64,000 bases of DNA from an uncultured Candidatus Saccharibacteria bacterium (GCA_964478705.1 CAYZIR010000003.1:17223-81222), one strand, 5' to 3'. Counted from the stretch's first letter, positions 45,624-56,729 are shown. The notes: generated by a model not told the origin, from the sequence alone. Made by a program: numbers and translations.

Positions 45624-47261
45624 TTAGTGAGCAATATGCTCTATTGCGTATTCCATCGTCGCGCCGATTTTTTTACCAGGGTTGAATATATTTTTTGGAT
45701 CAAAGAGCTCTTTCGTTTTTTTGAAAAGCGCATACATTTTTTCACCAAACTGTTGCTCAAGGAATGGAGAGCGAATAATTCCATCGTTGTGCTCACCCGT
45801 CGTTGAACCGCCATAGGAAAGCACGAGGTCATACACGCGCTTCATGATTTCAGGGATAACCGCGCGAACGTTTTCCTTTGAAAGATCCATCAGCGGGATG
45901 ATGTGAAAGTTGCCGTTGCCGATGTGTCCTGCGATGTTGTGAACCATAAAGCGTTTGTATTCATCAAGAATCGCATAGAGCTTGGGTAAGCTTTCATTGA
46001 GTGTTGCGACCGGAAGCACGATGTCGTCGATAAAAGGTGCGGTGCTCTTCCCTTTCACTTTTGTACGAAGGAGATTGAAACTCTCACGTCTAATCAGCCA
46101 GTATTCATCGATTTCTGCCTCTGACCGTGTAGCGTGAATGAAGCGAGGAGAAAATTGCGAAAGCTTTTCAATCAATAGACGGCCTTGTGTATACAAAGAT
46201 TCAGTATCATCACCCGAAAAGGTAATTTGCAAGACAAGCTTTGGTAACCCCTTTGAGAGCAACGACCATCCAGCAGGTATATTCGAGAGCGCAATCGAGA
46301 GGGTTTTTCGAACACCCAATTTGAGCAAAAAACTCTTGAAGAATCGAAGCGCGAGCGAGAGCGTCTTGTCGTCATACGATTCAAATGTCGTAGGCTTGCA
46401 CGCAAGCGTTGTTGCAATAATTTCCGGCAATCGTGAGAGGTCGTCGAGAAACACAACGACCATGTGGGAATGTTTGTGTGGGCTAATCAAGCCAAATTCA
46501 ATATTGGTGATAAGACCAAGTGTCCCTTGCGCTCCCGTGAAGAGCTTGGTGAAGTCAAATGTTTTTGTCGTTCTGTTATACACATCCCACAAGGCATACC
46601 CAGCAGAATTTTTAGACACCCGAGGACGATGCGCAGCAATCACTTCTGCATTGTCATCAAGCATCTTGTACATACCGCGATAGAGATCACCCTCAAGCCC
46701 TGGAATGAGCATTTTTGCATGAAGTGCATCTTCGGTGAGGGCAGAAAATGTATACTCATTTCCATCAGACAACACTACTGAGAGCTTGTGTACGTATGCG
46801 GATGTTTTGCCATACGTCAGCGTCAATTCCCCACCAGCGTTATTTGCAACCATTCCACCAACCGTACAGATTTCGCGAGAAGCCGGATACGATGGCATGA
46901 GGAGATTCCGTTTCAAGCTCTCTCGTTCAAAATCTCTGTAGTACACCCCGGGTTCAACCGTGCCGGTATGCGCCGTGAATCCCTTGATACGAGTGAAGTA
47001 CTTCGTGAAATCAACAATGATCGATTCACCAAGCGCTCCACCGTCCATCCCCGTACCACCAGAACGAGCGGTGAGCGATACTCCTGCATGTGAAGATGCA
47101 TACGCTACCAGCTTTTTGATATCTTCTGCTGAGCGCGGAGCGACGACGACCTCTGGTGTAACACTGAAGAGCGATGTGTCACGACTTGCTGTAGCAAGTG
47201 TTTGCGCATCGGTCGCAATGTCCCCACAGTTAAGATTCAAAAGATCATCCGAGAGTTTCAT
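45624..47261 (-). CDS. FAD-linked oxidase (GlcD / D-lactate dehydrogenase-like)
   Basis: PCMH-type FAD-binding domain (…RSGGTGMDGGALG…) and C-terminal FAD-oxidase domain; 545 aa. Confidence 0.85.
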   Translation of the reverse strand: MKLSDDLLNLNCGDIATDAQTLATASRDTSLFSVTPEVVVAPRSAEDIKKLVAYASSHAGVSLTARSGGTGMDGGALGESIIVDFTKYFTRIKGFTAHTGTVEPGVYYRDFERESLKRNLLMPSYPASREICTVGGMVANNAGGELTLTYGKTSAYVHKLSVVLSDGNEYTFSALTEDALHAKMLIPGLEGDLYRGMYKMLDDNAEVIAAHRPRVSKNSAGYALWDVYNRTTKTFDFTKLFTGAQGTLGLITNIEFGLISPHKHSHMVVVFLDDLSRLPEIIATTLACKPTTFESYDDKTLSLALRFFKSFLLKLGVRKTLSIALSNIPAGWSLLSKGLPKLVLQITFSGDDTESLYTQGRLLIEKLSQFSPRFIHATRSEAEIDEYWLIRRESFNLLRTKVKGKSTAPFIDDIVLPVATLNESLPKLYAILDEYKRFMVHNIAGHIGNGNFHIIPLMDLSKENVRAVIPEIMKRVYDLVLSYGGSTTGEHNDGIIRSPFLEQQFGEKMYALFKKTKELFDPKNIFNPGKKIGATMEYAIEHIAH

Positions 47262-47341
47262 ATATCAAGAATAGAGCAGAATCACTAAACCACAAAACAC
47301 ACTTTGTGCTAGATTTTATTGTGTGATATCGTATTCATCGT

Positions 47342-47557
47342 ATGAACGTTATTCCAGTCATTCAGATAGTCCTCTCGGTTCTACTCATCGTCCTTATCCT
47401 CATGCAACAGAATGATGCCTCTCTTGGGGCAGCATTCGGTGGTGATGACAGCGGTGTAGCACGAACTCGACGCGGACCTGAGAAATTTGTTTTCATTGCG
47501 ACTGTTATCATCGCAATCGCGTTCGCGCTCTCGTCGATCGCAGCGCTCATCTACTAA
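47342..47557 (+). CDS. secG: Preprotein translocase subunit SecG
   Basis: …LLIVLILMQQNDASLGAAFGG… SecG signature; two TM. Confidence 0.8.
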   Translation: MNVIPVIQIVLSVLLIVLILMQQNDASLGAAFGGDDSGVARTRRGPEKFVFIATVIIAIAFALSSIAALIY

Positions 47558-47592
47558 TCACTCACACCGCCAATTTTTGACGGTGTGCGCAC

Positions 47593-49311
47593 TTGTACTT
47601 TATGTTCGAGACACGTCGGTGGCGATTTCACCTTCCCTCGTCTTCAGCACTCCGAGAAGGACTCTGGTCTCTCTCGTTCCTTGAGCGTGCACTCCTCTGG
47701 CTTCTCGCAGCGTTTCTAGCAGGAAGCACGCTTGTAATGGTCATTCAAATACGTTCTGCCTTCCTCACAAGCGTTCCACGCTCAGGAGGTGAGCTCGTCG
47801 AAGGTATCGTCGGCACTCCACGCTTTATCAATCCTGTCATCGCGCGATCTGAAGCTGATAAGGACCTCTCGGCTCTCGTGTACTCAGGGTTAATGCGACC
47901 TCGCTCGGATGGGACACTCATTCCTGACCTCGCAGAAAGCTACACGGTGTCTCCAGATGCGACACTGTATACATTTATACTTCGGAACGACCTTGTTTTT
48001 CACGACGGAACGCCCATCACCGCTGACGATATCGTCTATACAATTTCTGTTATTCAAAACCCTCTCATTGGAAGCCCGTTGCTTCGTGCATGGGAAGGTA
48101 TCACCGCAAAAGCGGTTGATTCGCACACAGTCACGTTCAAGCTTGGGAAGCCGTACGCGCATTTTATCGACAATACAACCATCGGTATTCTCCCGAGACA
48201 TATTTGGCAAGAAACAAACGAGGAGACATTTTCAGTTTCATCAAAAAATGTAGAACCTGTTGGTTCTGGACCATTTCGTGTAGATACGATCGAACGAGAC
48301 GATGCCGGTGTACCAATTGCATATCACCTTGAACGCTTTTCTGAGTTTGCACTTGGCGAAGCATATCTTGAACGAATTACCTTCCGCATGTACGGCAACG
48401 AAAAGGACGTCTTTGAAGCATACGAGAAAGGGGTGGTGACCTCATTTAAAGACGTCAGCCCTCTGAACGCACGTACGCTTGCAGACCAAGGCGCCCGTGT
48501 TGAGGTCTATACACTTCCACGAGTCTTCGCACTGTTTTTCAACCAAAACCATAATGAAATATTCGCAGATCACGCTGTTCGTGAAGCGTTGTCCGTGGCA
48601 GTAAATAGAAAAAACATTATCGACGAAGTTCTCTATGGATATGGCGTACCAATCACAGGACCGCTTCCTCCTCCTTTCAAGCACGTTACAGAATCACAAA
48701 AAGAAACTGGAACAATACGGCAGGCACAACAGATTTTAGAGAACGCTGGATGGGAAAAAGGAAGTGACGGAGTATATACAAATGGTACCCAGCGCCTCTC
48801 GTTCAGTATCGCAACAACAAACGCATCCGAACTTCGAGCGACAGGCGAGATTCTTGAACGCGTTTTTGATGCAATCGGAGCTGACGCAACACTCGAAGTG
48901 TTTGATCTCGGCTCACTCCACCAAGACATCATTCGTCCTCGTTCATACGATGCGCTTTTGTTTGGTCAGGTAGTCGGGCGCGCGGGAGACCTTTTCCCAT
49001 TTTGGCATTCTTCGCAACGTAACGATCCGGGCTTGAATACCGCACTCTATACAAATATCACTGTCGATGATATATTGGGTGACATTAGAACCACCCTTGA
49101 TACTGTGAAGCGAGAGGAACTCTACGCCTCGCTCGACAAAGAAATACAAGCTGACATTCCAGCATTATTTCTCTACTCTCCGGATTTACTCTATGTGCTT
49201 CCGGCAGATCTCAAAGGAGTCGCGGTTGGTTCAATAGATGAAAGCTCAGAACGGTTCATGAGCGTGTACGAATGGCACACAGGGACACGAAACGTCGTCA
49301 CAAAGCTCTAA
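47593..49311 (+). CDS. ABC transporter substrate-binding protein, family 5 (peptide/nickel)
   Basis: Family-5 SBP fold (…PDLAESYTVSPD…FHDGTPITADDIVYT…); N-terminal TM anchor. Confidence 0.85.
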   Translation: MYFMFETRRWRFHLPSSSALREGLWSLSFLERALLWLLAAFLAGSTLVMVIQIRSAFLTSVPRSGGELVEGIVGTPRFINPVIARSEADKDLSALVYSGLMRPRSDGTLIPDLAESYTVSPDATLYTFILRNDLVFHDGTPITADDIVYTISVIQNPLIGSPLLRAWEGITAKAVDSHTVTFKLGKPYAHFIDNTTIGILPRHIWQETNEETFSVSSKNVEPVGSGPFRVDTIERDDAGVPIAYHLERFSEFALGEAYLERITFRMYGNEKDVFEAYEKGVVTSFKDVSPLNARTLADQGARVEVYTLPRVFALFFNQNHNEIFADHAVREALSVAVNRKNIIDEVLYGYGVPITGPLPPPFKHVTESQKETGTIRQAQQILENAGWEKGSDGVYTNGTQRLSFSIATTNASELRATGEILERVFDAIGADATLEVFDLGSLHQDIIRPRSYDALLFGQVVGRAGDLFPFWHSSQRNDPGLNTALYTNITVDDILGDIRTTLDTVKREELYASLDKEIQADIPALFLYSPDLLYVLPADLKGVAVGSIDESSERFMSVYEWHTGTRNVVTKL

Positions 49312-49405
49312 CCCTTTAGATAGACAGAAAACAACCTGCCTTGGTATACCACTTTGTGGTGGAACGAGCAGACATATTACAACGTAATACATGACCTTAT
49401 AACGT

Positions 49406-51439
49406 ATGATTGATAATTCTCGGCAGGGCAAGCCCAGTGCTCGTCCAGCACACGACGCGGGTGTACACAGTTCAACAAGCACCCAATCATCGCCTGAACA
49501 GCGTCGCCGACGCACTTTTAGCGCCGTAGCGCCACACACAGGTACTCGTCCACACAAAGAGCATCACGGACATTCTTCTCCGCATCCTAAGCACGACCGT
49601 GGCTCAGGACCTCGTCGTGATGGTGGCCACGCTGGAAGCAATCGAGGAGGCGCTCCGCGACGTAGCGGTGGAAGTGGCGGTAGCGGAAAAAATCGTCGCC
49701 CACTCAAATCACATATCCGACACGTCCGAAGCAACGAAGTGGATACCAATCCTGTTATTCCCCCTATCGAAGCCGGTGTCCTTCGTGTGATTCCGTTGGG
49801 AGGTGTTGAAGAAATTGGTCGCAACATGACCGCAATTGAATACGGCGATGAAATTATCATCATCGATGCGGGACTCCAGTTCGGTGAAATTGAAACACCG
49901 GGAATCGACTTCATGCTTCCGAACACAACATATCTCAAAGAACGAAAGGAGAAGATTAAAGCGGTCTTTATCACTCACGGACACCTCGATCACATCGGCG
50001 CTATCCCGTATCTCATGGAGGATATCGGCAACCCGCCAATTTACTCACGCGAATTCGGTGCACTCATGATTGCGAAGCGTCAGGCTGAATTTCCGCATGT
50101 AAGTCCTTTGAATATCAAAACTGTTCAGGGCACTGAGCGAATGCAAATTGGTGAACATTTTGTCATCAACTTCTTCGCCATTTCTCACGCAATTCCGGAT
50201 TCAATGGGTATTCTCATTGACACACCACTCGGCACAATTGCTTTCGTTGAAGACGTGCGCGTTGACCACATTGATGGTGTCGCGACAGAAAAAGAGGTTG
50301 AACACTATTCGATGTTTAAGGACAAAAAAATCCTTCTCTTCACCCTCGACTCAACATCAGTTGAGAAGCCTGGCTTCTCGCTTCCTGAATCAAAGGCGGT
50401 TGAAACAATCGATAAGATCATGAAGGAGATCACGGGGCGTCTTATCATTGGTACCTTCGCATCAAACGTTGAGCGTATTATTCAGATGATTATGGCGGCA
50501 AACAAATACAATCGAAAGATTGTTGTTGATGGTCGCTCCATGAAATCGAACCTCGAGATTGTGAAGCAGTTGGGTCTTGTACCAACTGAAAACATCATTC
50601 CTATTGAAGAAATGGCAGATCACCCACCGCACAAGATTGTCGTTCTTGCGACCGGTGCACAGGGTGAAGAGTACGCTGTGTTTGATCGCATCGCGAACAA
50701 GACACACAAATACATCACACTTTCTCCTGCGGACACCATTCTCTTTTCATCGTCAGCGATTCCTGGAAACGAAATGGCAATCCAGAAACTCAAAGACAAC
50801 CTCTATCGCCAAGACGCGAAGATCGTGACATACCTTGATACACCGGTGCACGCATCAGGACACGGCAATCGTGGTGAACTCGAATGGATTCACAAACAGA
50901 TGACATACAAGTACTTCATGCCACTCCACGGGCACCACTACATGTTGAAGATCCATGCAGAACTCTCGGAATCGCTTGGAACGCCACGCGAGAACATCAT
51001 CGTTCCTGATAACGGTGCAATCGTTGAATTCTTTGACAATGGCAACAGTGTTCGTGTACTCAAAGATAAGGCGCCGAACGACCCAATCATGGTTGATGGA
51101 TTTTCTGTGGGAGGTCAACAGGAGGTCGTTTTGCGCGATCGACAAAATCTCGCAGAAGACGGTATCTTCGTGATTGTCGTATCGGTCAATCCAAAAACGG
51201 GCAAACTTCGTAAATCGCCTGATATCATCTCGCGTGGATTCGTCTATCTCAAAGAACAACAGGATCTCATCACCGGTGCCCGCGTGCTTGTTACCAAAAA
51301 CGTTGAAACAATGACGCGTGGCATGAACCCAATCAACTTTGATGTGGTTAAAAACGCTGTGACCGACGAGGTACGCAAATTCCTCTTCCAAAAGACTGGG
51401 AAGTCCCCGATTGTTATTCCTGTAGTGATTGGAGTCTAG
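49406..51439 (+). CDS. rnj: Ribonuclease J (metallo-beta-lactamase/beta-CASP) with ~115-aa Arg/Gly/Ser/His-rich N-terminal extension
   Basis: HxHxDH motif FITHGHLDHIGA, beta-CASP and C-terminal domains. N-terminal low-complexity extension encoded 49406..49770. Confidence 0.9.
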   Translation: MIDNSRQGKPSARPAHDAGVHSSTSTQSSPEQRRRRTFSAVAPHTGTRPHKEHHGHSSPHPKHDRGSGPRRDGGHAGSNRGGAPRRSGGSGGSGKNRRPLKSHIRHVRSNEVDTNPVIPPIEAGVLRVIPLGGVEEIGRNMTAIEYGDEIIIIDAGLQFGEIETPGIDFMLPNTTYLKERKEKIKAVFITHGHLDHIGAIPYLMEDIGNPPIYSREFGALMIAKRQAEFPHVSPLNIKTVQGTERMQIGEHFVINFFAISHAIPDSMGILIDTPLGTIAFVEDVRVDHIDGVATEKEVEHYSMFKDKKILLFTLDSTSVEKPGFSLPESKAVETIDKIMKEITGRLIIGTFASNVERIIQMIMAANKYNRKIVVDGRSMKSNLEIVKQLGLVPTENIIPIEEMADHPPHKIVVLATGAQGEEYAVFDRIANKTHKYITLSPADTILFSSSAIPGNEMAIQKLKDNLYRQDAKIVTYLDTPVHASGHGNRGELEWIHKQMTYKYFMPLHGHHYMLKIHAELSESLGTPRENIIVPDNGAIVEFFDNGNSVRVLKDKAPNDPIMVDGFSVGGQQEVVLRDRQNLAEDGIFVIVVSVNPKTGKLRKSPDIISRGFVYLKEQQDLITGARVLVTKNVETMTRGMNPINFDVVKNAVTDEVRKFLFQKTGKSPIVIPVVIGV

Positions 51440-51553
51440 GTAGCAGGGTGTTAGGTAAAGGGTATAAATTCTTCCTCTCAATTATTTTTGATAGGGAGAA
51501 TTTTGCTGTTTGGAGTTTCTAGTAAGTGGCGATACCCTAGAGCTATACTCTTC

Positions 51554-52711
51554 ATGTCAAAACATCATCTTCTTCACAGTACGTATCTTTTCAATTTTTT
51601 CTTTGCACTCCACTCGTTTGCCCTTGTGTATGTGCATTCGAGCCTCCTCACCCGTGCTGTTGGCGAAACACTTGTGGGAGTTGTGTATGCGGTTGCTGCA
51701 CTGCTTACCATCGCCACACTTTCGATAGTTCCCCGCATACTCAAAAACGTTGGTGACGTCCGTTTTACTCTCATCTGTGTCGTCATTGAGATTCTTGCTG
51801 CACTCGGTCTCGCTTTCTCAGGAAGCGCGTGGCTCATTATCCCACTCTTCATCATTCACACGATTGCGGTACGATCGACTTTTGTTGATCTCGATATTTT
51901 CCTTGAAAGTGCTACCAAGGAAGATGAAACAGGAGTTGTTCGTGGAAGCTTTCTCACGATTGGAAACATCGCGCTCGTCATTGCACCAATTCTTGTGGGA
52001 CTCCTCCTCGGAAATGGTGAAGCGTATGGAAAAATCTATCTCTTCGCTTCAGCACTCTTAATCCCAGCGGTTCTTATCATTTCTCTTTCCTTCAAGCACT
52101 TCAGAGATCCTCGCTACATACACGTCCCACTCTCACGAAGTCTCAAACATGTGTGGAGCACCAATGCACTCCGTCGCATTTGTAGCATCGATTGGCTTTT
52201 GCGTTTCTTCTACGCGTGGATGGTGATTTACATGCCACTGTATCTTCACAACTACATTGGCCTCCCGTGGGAAAAAATCGGGGTTATTTTTACCGTTATG
52301 TTGATCCCCTTCGCACTCTTTGAACTTCCTTTAGGGGCGTTGGCGGATAAGTTCTACGGAGAAAAAGAACTCTTGATTATTGGGCTTGCAATTCTAGGTG
52401 GCACAACCCTCGCGCTGTCCTTTATCGAATCATCATCTTTCCTCGTGTGGATGGTTGCCTTGTTTGCAACTCGTGTGGGCGCATCGATAGTCGAGGTTAT
52501 GTCTGAAACATACTTTTTCAAGCAAATCCACGAGCATGATACGGACTCTATTGGGTTTTTCAGAAGCATTGAACCGCTTGCGTATATCATCGCACCCCTC
52601 TGCGCGAGCCTTATGTTGTTGATACTTCCAATGTCCACTCTCTTTATCGTTCTTGGATTCCTTGTGCTTGCTGGGATTCCTATCGCCACACGCCTTCACG
52701 ATACACTCTAA
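51554..52711 (+). CDS. MFS transporter
   Basis: 12 TM layout. ORF-track start 51488; the Met at 51554 (MSKHHLL…) is preferred. Confidence 0.75.
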   Translation: MSKHHLLHSTYLFNFFFALHSFALVYVHSSLLTRAVGETLVGVVYAVAALLTIATLSIVPRILKNVGDVRFTLICVVIEILAALGLAFSGSAWLIIPLFIIHTIAVRSTFVDLDIFLESATKEDETGVVRGSFLTIGNIALVIAPILVGLLLGNGEAYGKIYLFASALLIPAVLIISLSFKHFRDPRYIHVPLSRSLKHVWSTNALRRICSIDWLLRFFYAWMVIYMPLYLHNYIGLPWEKIGVIFTVMLIPFALFELPLGALADKFYGEKELLIIGLAILGGTTLALSFIESSSFLVWMVALFATRVGASIVEVMSETYFFKQIHEHDTDSIGFFRSIEPLAYIIAPLCASLMLLILPMSTLFIVLGFLVLAGIPIATRLHDTL

Positions 52712-52774
52712 AAGTTGCATCTCTTTGATGGACAGTTACAATAGAGCAACTTATAACTGTAAGTACTCATCCTC

Positions 52775-53044
52775 ATGAACGACACAACACCACGCGTTAC
52801 GATTTACTCAACTCCTACGTGCCATTTCTGCCACATGGCAAAAGATTTTTTTACAGCACATAACGTTGCGTTCACCGACCACAACGTCGGCACCGATCTT
52901 GAACAGCGCAAGGTGATGGTCGACAAGACTCAGCAAATGGGCGTACCAGTCATTACCGTCGAAGTCGCCGGCAAGCCTGAAGAAATCATCATTGGATTTG
53001 ATGAGGAGAAATTGAGGGAGTTGTTACATATCACAGAAGCATAA
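52775..53044 (+). CDS. Glutaredoxin-like protein (NrdH/thioredoxin fold, CHFC active site)
   Basis: …VTIYSTPTCHFCHMAKDFF… CxxC in a thioredoxin-fold context; 89 aa. Confidence 0.8.
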   Translation: MNDTTPRVTIYSTPTCHFCHMAKDFFTAHNVAFTDHNVGTDLEQRKVMVDKTQQMGVPVITVEVAGKPEEIIIGFDEEKLRELLHITEA

Positions 53045-53048
53045 TAAC

Positions 53049-53083
53049 AAAAACACCCCCGCGTTATGGGGGTGTTTTTGTTA
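53049..53083. terminator. Bidirectional rho-independent terminator
   Basis: aaacaccccc-gcgttat-gggggtgttttt. Confidence 0.7.
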
Positions 53084-53509
53084 TTGGGTCTCCACGGGGC
53101 CATCAACCGGCTGTTCGTCGACAGGTGCCGTGGTTCTTATGTCGCTTTCCGCCACTGCCTCTTCATCAAGAATGATCGGACCGACATTCACGAGGATATC
53201 GTGCTCTCGATCATAGAGAATCGCCTTTGCACTTGTTGGATACATGAGCAAGATGTCTCCGTTTTTTCCACCTTGATAAAACAATTGCGTTGCTACAAGA
53301 GCATCAATATCAGCGACTGTAGCAACCAAAGGTTCTTCATTTGGTAAACGGATGTGCTTGCCAACCGATGTGAGAATTGAGCTGATTTCTTCTTCCGATA
53401 GTGTTTGATTTGCTTCAAATGTATCGTGCGAAAACTGCCTATAAGCGAATGCCGCTCCTCCAAGAAGCAGAATCGCGACCACCAAACCAATACTAAGTTT
53501 TTTAATCAT
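53081..53509 (-). CDS. Hypothetical membrane-anchored protein
   Basis: N-terminal TM/signal, acidic C-terminal region. Confidence 0.45.
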   Translation of the reverse strand: MIKKLSIGLVVAILLLGGAAFAYRQFSHDTFEANQTLSEEEISSILTSVGKHIRLPNEEPLVATVADIDALVATQLFYQGGKNGDILLMYPTSAKAILYDREHDILVNVGPIILDEEAVAESDIRTTAPVDEQPVDGPVETQ

Positions 53510-53542
53510 AGAGAATATATCGATTATAGATTGAGTATAACG

Positions 53543-54442
53543 TTAGATAGATGTGGCCGGAAGTATGCGTGCGAGCGATTCTATTTTACCTGCAAACACC
53601 ATTGTTGGAAGACCAATAAAACAACTTCCTTCGACGTCGATCGCGGCACCGCCTGAATTTCCTTTCTCAATTTTTGCCGATGTTGTGTAGTAGTCTTCAT
53701 CGAAACCAGAAATAATGCCCTCCGTTGCCGTTACCGATTCTTTTGCTCCAATCGTTGGATACCCGAGCATTACAACCTTATCGCCAATATCTGGGACAGT
53801 GCCACACACCTGTGATGATTGCATTGCAGGAGGATTCTCATTGAGCATGCCATACGCCACGTCGTGGTCGTCAGAAACTTCTATCGCATCACTAGAAACG
53901 GTGATGTCAGCAGATGAATTGGGCTGTACAAGCGTACAGGATTCAAGCTCCTTATTTGCTGTTTCTACAACATGCTTACTCGTCAAAAAACGAACACCTT
54001 CCGTTGTTTTTTGTAGTACCGCAGAGCCACTGCTTTCTACTGTGGCAGAACCATCAGAAAATTCGCATGTAATATCGTATACGAACGGACTCCAGTCTTC
54101 GACAATGCCTTTTACGTCAGTTGTTTTAACAATTGTTGAAATCTTCCCTTCCTGCAGAGATACCGTCGTTGAGAGAGATTCGAGTGCTTTCGAAAGCGCC
54201 TCCTTTTCCGCAGTAGTCTTTTCGACTTCAGCGACAACGCCTGCACGCAAATCGGTGGTTTCTCTTGCGAGAAGAAGGAGCGTATTTTCAAGCTCACTGA
54301 TGCGGGCATCAAATGCCGTATCGTGAGTCAGGCGTTCTTGCTCGATTGTATTGATACGGTCAAGACCCGTCCGCCATCCGGCGTACACACCGCCGAAGGC
54401 AACAATAACCATAATGGCGCACGTAATAAAAAGTCGATGCAT
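53543..54442 (-). CDS. Trypsin-like serine protease (S1 family, membrane-anchored with coiled-coil)
   Basis: GNSGGAA active-site Ser motif, His/Asp region, N-terminal TM and coiled coil. Confidence 0.75.
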   Translation of the reverse strand: MHRLFITCAIMVIVAFGGVYAGWRTGLDRINTIEQERLTHDTAFDARISELENTLLLLARETTDLRAGVVAEVEKTTAEKEALSKALESLSTTVSLQEGKISTIVKTTDVKGIVEDWSPFVYDITCEFSDGSATVESSGSAVLQKTTEGVRFLTSKHVVETANKELESCTLVQPNSSADITVSSDAIEVSDDHDVAYGMLNENPPAMQSSQVCGTVPDIGDKVVMLGYPTIGAKESVTATEGIISGFDEDYYTTSAKIEKGNSGGAAIDVEGSCFIGLPTMVFAGKIESLARILPATSI

Positions 54443-54465
54443 GCTATGCGATGTGTTAGTACACC

Positions 54466-55710
54466 TTATGATAGCACGCCCTCCTGTTCTATGGCTTGAG
54501 TAATACTCTCAGCTGCAACAATATATGCGGCATTTCGGAGTGTCGTCGTATGTTTTTTCGATGCATCTATAACTCTATCGGTGGCATCGCGCATAAGTTT
54601 TGAAAGTTTCTCGAGGACATCTTTCTTGCTCCAAATCTCATTGTGCATATTCTGATACCATTCGAAATAACTCGTTGCCACACCACCACTATTTGCAAGA
54701 ATATCTGGGATAACAACAATACCCCTGTCTGCAAAGAGCTGATCAGCTTCAATTGTTGTTGGTCCATTCGCTAGTTCGACAATAAGGCGCGCCTGTACTG
54801 CCCCAGCATTTTCATGCGTCAAGACGTTCTCGAGAGCAGCAGGAACGAGCACATCAACGGGTAATCGTATAAGTTCGTCATTGTGTATCATCTTGGCATC
54901 CGGGAAACCCGCGAGTGTCCCCTGTATTCGTTTATATTCCTCAACAGCATCAATATCGAGACCCTCCTTGTTGTAAATACCGCCCTTACTGTCAGACACA
55001 GCTACAATACGCACTTGCTCGTCGCGCGCCTCTTTAGCAAAGTGGGATGCGACGTTTCCGAATCCTTGTATCGCAACAGACACACTATCAGGTAAATCAA
55101 CGATAGTATTTTCACGAATTGCCCGAAAGACCACACTACCACCAAAACCTGTTGCTTCTTCTCGGCCTTGGCTCCCCCCTTCTTCGATGGGTTTCCCAGT
55201 GAATGTGGCTCGCGCTTGAACGCCTACACACTTCTCGTATTCGTCGACCATCCATGCCATAATTTTTCCGTTTGTATTGACGTCAGGTGCTGGGACATCA
55301 ACTGTGGGGCCAAGCACGGGATACAAACGCCTGACATATGTGCGAGACAGACGCTCAAGCTCGCCTTGAGAAAGAGTTTTTGGATCAACGATGACGCCTC
55401 CTTTACCGCCTCCAAACGGAACTCCGATAACAGCGTTTTTAAATGTCATCCAAAAAGAAAGAGCTTGCACTTCAGGAAGACTCACCTGTGCATGATATCG
55501 AATACCACCCTTGTATGGTCCTCGAGCATTATTATGTTGACTTCGGAATCCTGTGAAAATTTTTTGTGTTCCATCATCCATGATGACCGGTATCGAGACT
55601 TCAATACATCGATCAATATGAATAAGACGTTCAATAAGATCCTCTGACACACCTCCAATGCTAGCGGCTTTTTTAAACTGAGAAACCGCAGTGTCGAGTG
55701 GGTTGTTCAT
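54466..55710 (-). CDS. gdh: Glutamate dehydrogenase (Glu/Leu/Phe/Val dehydrogenase family)
   Basis: …GGKGG… catalytic region and NAD(P)-binding …GFGNVA…; 414 aa. Confidence 0.92.
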   Translation of the reverse strand: MNNPLDTAVSQFKKAASIGGVSEDLIERLIHIDRCIEVSIPVIMDDGTQKIFTGFRSQHNNARGPYKGGIRYHAQVSLPEVQALSFWMTFKNAVIGVPFGGGKGGVIVDPKTLSQGELERLSRTYVRRLYPVLGPTVDVPAPDVNTNGKIMAWMVDEYEKCVGVQARATFTGKPIEEGGSQGREEATGFGGSVVFRAIRENTIVDLPDSVSVAIQGFGNVASHFAKEARDEQVRIVAVSDSKGGIYNKEGLDIDAVEEYKRIQGTLAGFPDAKMIHNDELIRLPVDVLVPAALENVLTHENAGAVQARLIVELANGPTTIEADQLFADRGIVVIPDILANSGGVATSYFEWYQNMHNEIWSKKDVLEKLSKLMRDATDRVIDASKKHTTTLRNAAYIVAAESITQAIEQEGVLS

Positions 55711-55826
55711 AAAGACAAGAATAGCGCGACTGCCCTGTTAAAGAATTCATTACTAGCAAGATGGAGAAACTAACTTTTTAAAAGGTCACCTGAAGCGCCA
55801 AAGAAGACGAAGGTTTTTGGCATATA

Positions 55827-56729
55827 CTACGCCTTAGCCGGTCTTTTGAAACTGGCAACTCCAGCGCGAATTGCTTGATAGGTCTCGTCGGTTTCTCGGT
55901 ATGCGCTATCAGAATCAATATTCTCGCGCAATTTTTTAACACGATCTGAAGAAAGAATAGATTTTACAATGGCAATCTGTTGGTCATAAATTGCTGTAAG
56001 TTCTTCAGCAACTGCAGTGTTTTCTAATCCTTGGGCGTATTCCCGAAATGCATTCAATTGAAGTGCAATTTCTTCAAGAATTTCAACCTGGGCAGGATGC
56101 TCTGCCAAATCTTTCTTTTTATTTGTAATCCAAAGTTCTGCAAGGTGAAGAACAGTTTTTCTGTTGACACCGAGAATCACCCGAGGAACTTTCGAGAGAC
56201 GACCACGAAATTTTGGTCCTCGTCCGCTCGAACTTTCAAAATATTTAATGGTTGTGAGTTCTCCTCTATCAATTTCATCTTGGATGCGACGAAATTTATC
56301 GCTGATACTTGTTGCATAGGTCACATCAAGTGCAAGAGCGAGGTGGGCAATCGCTTGTTCCCGTTCGATTTCTGCAACCAAATCGACACCATTTTTGATA
56401 TCATCAAATTTTGTAGTCTTTCGTGTCGTCACATCTTCTCCAAGCCAATCCGACAGTTCAATTTGTTCTGTCAGTATTGCTTCTAAAACATCCGCTAGTT
56501 TTTTTGCTTCACGTTGCGCAGGATTCTCGCTTCGAGCAAAGCGCGCTTCCATATCTCTGACGTACACCTCATCAGCTGCAACGGGATTCTCCCCGTAGTC
56601 TTCGATAAAGTCACGCATATTAATCTGCTCCTGACCTCGGCCAGATGCTGCGCGCTCAAGAGCACGCTCGATAAGCATTTCCTCATCTCTCTTCTCACTC
56701 ACTCCCCGTGCTGATTCGCGCCATGCCAT
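55827..56729 (-). CDS. Hypothetical protein (300 aa, alpha-helical)
   Basis: No motif recognised. Confidence 0.45.
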   Translation of the reverse strand: MAWRESARGVSEKRDEEMLIERALERAASGRGQEQINMRDFIEDYGENPVAADEVYVRDMEARFARSENPAQREAKKLADVLEAILTEQIELSDWLGEDVTTRKTTKFDDIKNGVDLVAEIEREQAIAHLALALDVTYATSISDKFRRIQDEIDRGELTTIKYFESSSGRGPKFRGRLSKVPRVILGVNRKTVLHLAELWITNKKKDLAEHPAQVEILEEIALQLNAFREYAQGLENTAVAEELTAIYDQQIAIVKSILSSDRVKKLRENIDSDSAYRETDETYQAIRAGVASFKRPAKA

